Below are positions 63,851 through 64,000 of a DNA stretch of 64,000 nucleotides, in pieces (the stretch's first letter is position 1; every line of letters begins with the position of its first letter). The translations under genes were made by a program, and so were the position numbers. Source of the stretch: Antedon mediterranea. Lineage: Eukaryota; Animalia; Echinodermata. The stretch lies in contig NC_092675.1 in NCBI RefSeq assembly GCF_964355755.1, forward strand, positions 23,346,912 to 23,410,911, given 5' to 3'. Below the pieces are notes generated by a model that did not search any database, was not told the DNA's origin, and worked only from the letters and a program-made list of their open reading frames with translations.

Positions 63851-64000
63851 TATATAAAAAATTTAATAACCAAATGTAGTGATCCTTTAATAATAATATC
63901 AACCCGGGCCCATTTACACTTACAATTGTGTCCTGGGCCTCTCCAGGATCGGGTCTAGATTTAATTATTTGGTTTCTGATCAAGTATGTTTACACGACAC

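Overview
AT-rich, intron-rich animal genomic DNA, most likely from a marine invertebrate (inferred from the SRCR/WSC/kringle receptors and Deu-type SINEs); it is not prokaryotic. The ORF track shows only exon fragments, so gene models were spliced by hand from GT-AG sites and reading phase. The first 15 kb hold a cluster of four single-pass membrane receptor genes with different ectodomains (SRCR+WSC+mucin; short Cys-containing; kringle+mucin, disabled; mucin only). All four share a phase-1/phase-2 TM exon followed by one tyrosine-motif tail exon. Acetyl-CoA synthetase ACSS2 (14 exons, 16.2-31.0 kb, +) carries foldback/Mutator-like MITEs, an inverted SINE pair and an apparently intact antisense 5-exon BEN-domain gene in intron 3. 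An orphan coiled-coil gene with a duplicated exon and a broken splice donor lies at 34.2-35.7 kb (-). A 20-exon ankyrin-repeat TRP channel (37.4-48.1 kb, -) is head-to-head with mind bomb 1 (from 50.0 kb, +, running off the window). mib1 intron 5 holds a three-level nest: Helentron-type element > Sola2-like transposon > SINE. Exon coordinates were read by eye and need RNA-seq confirmation.
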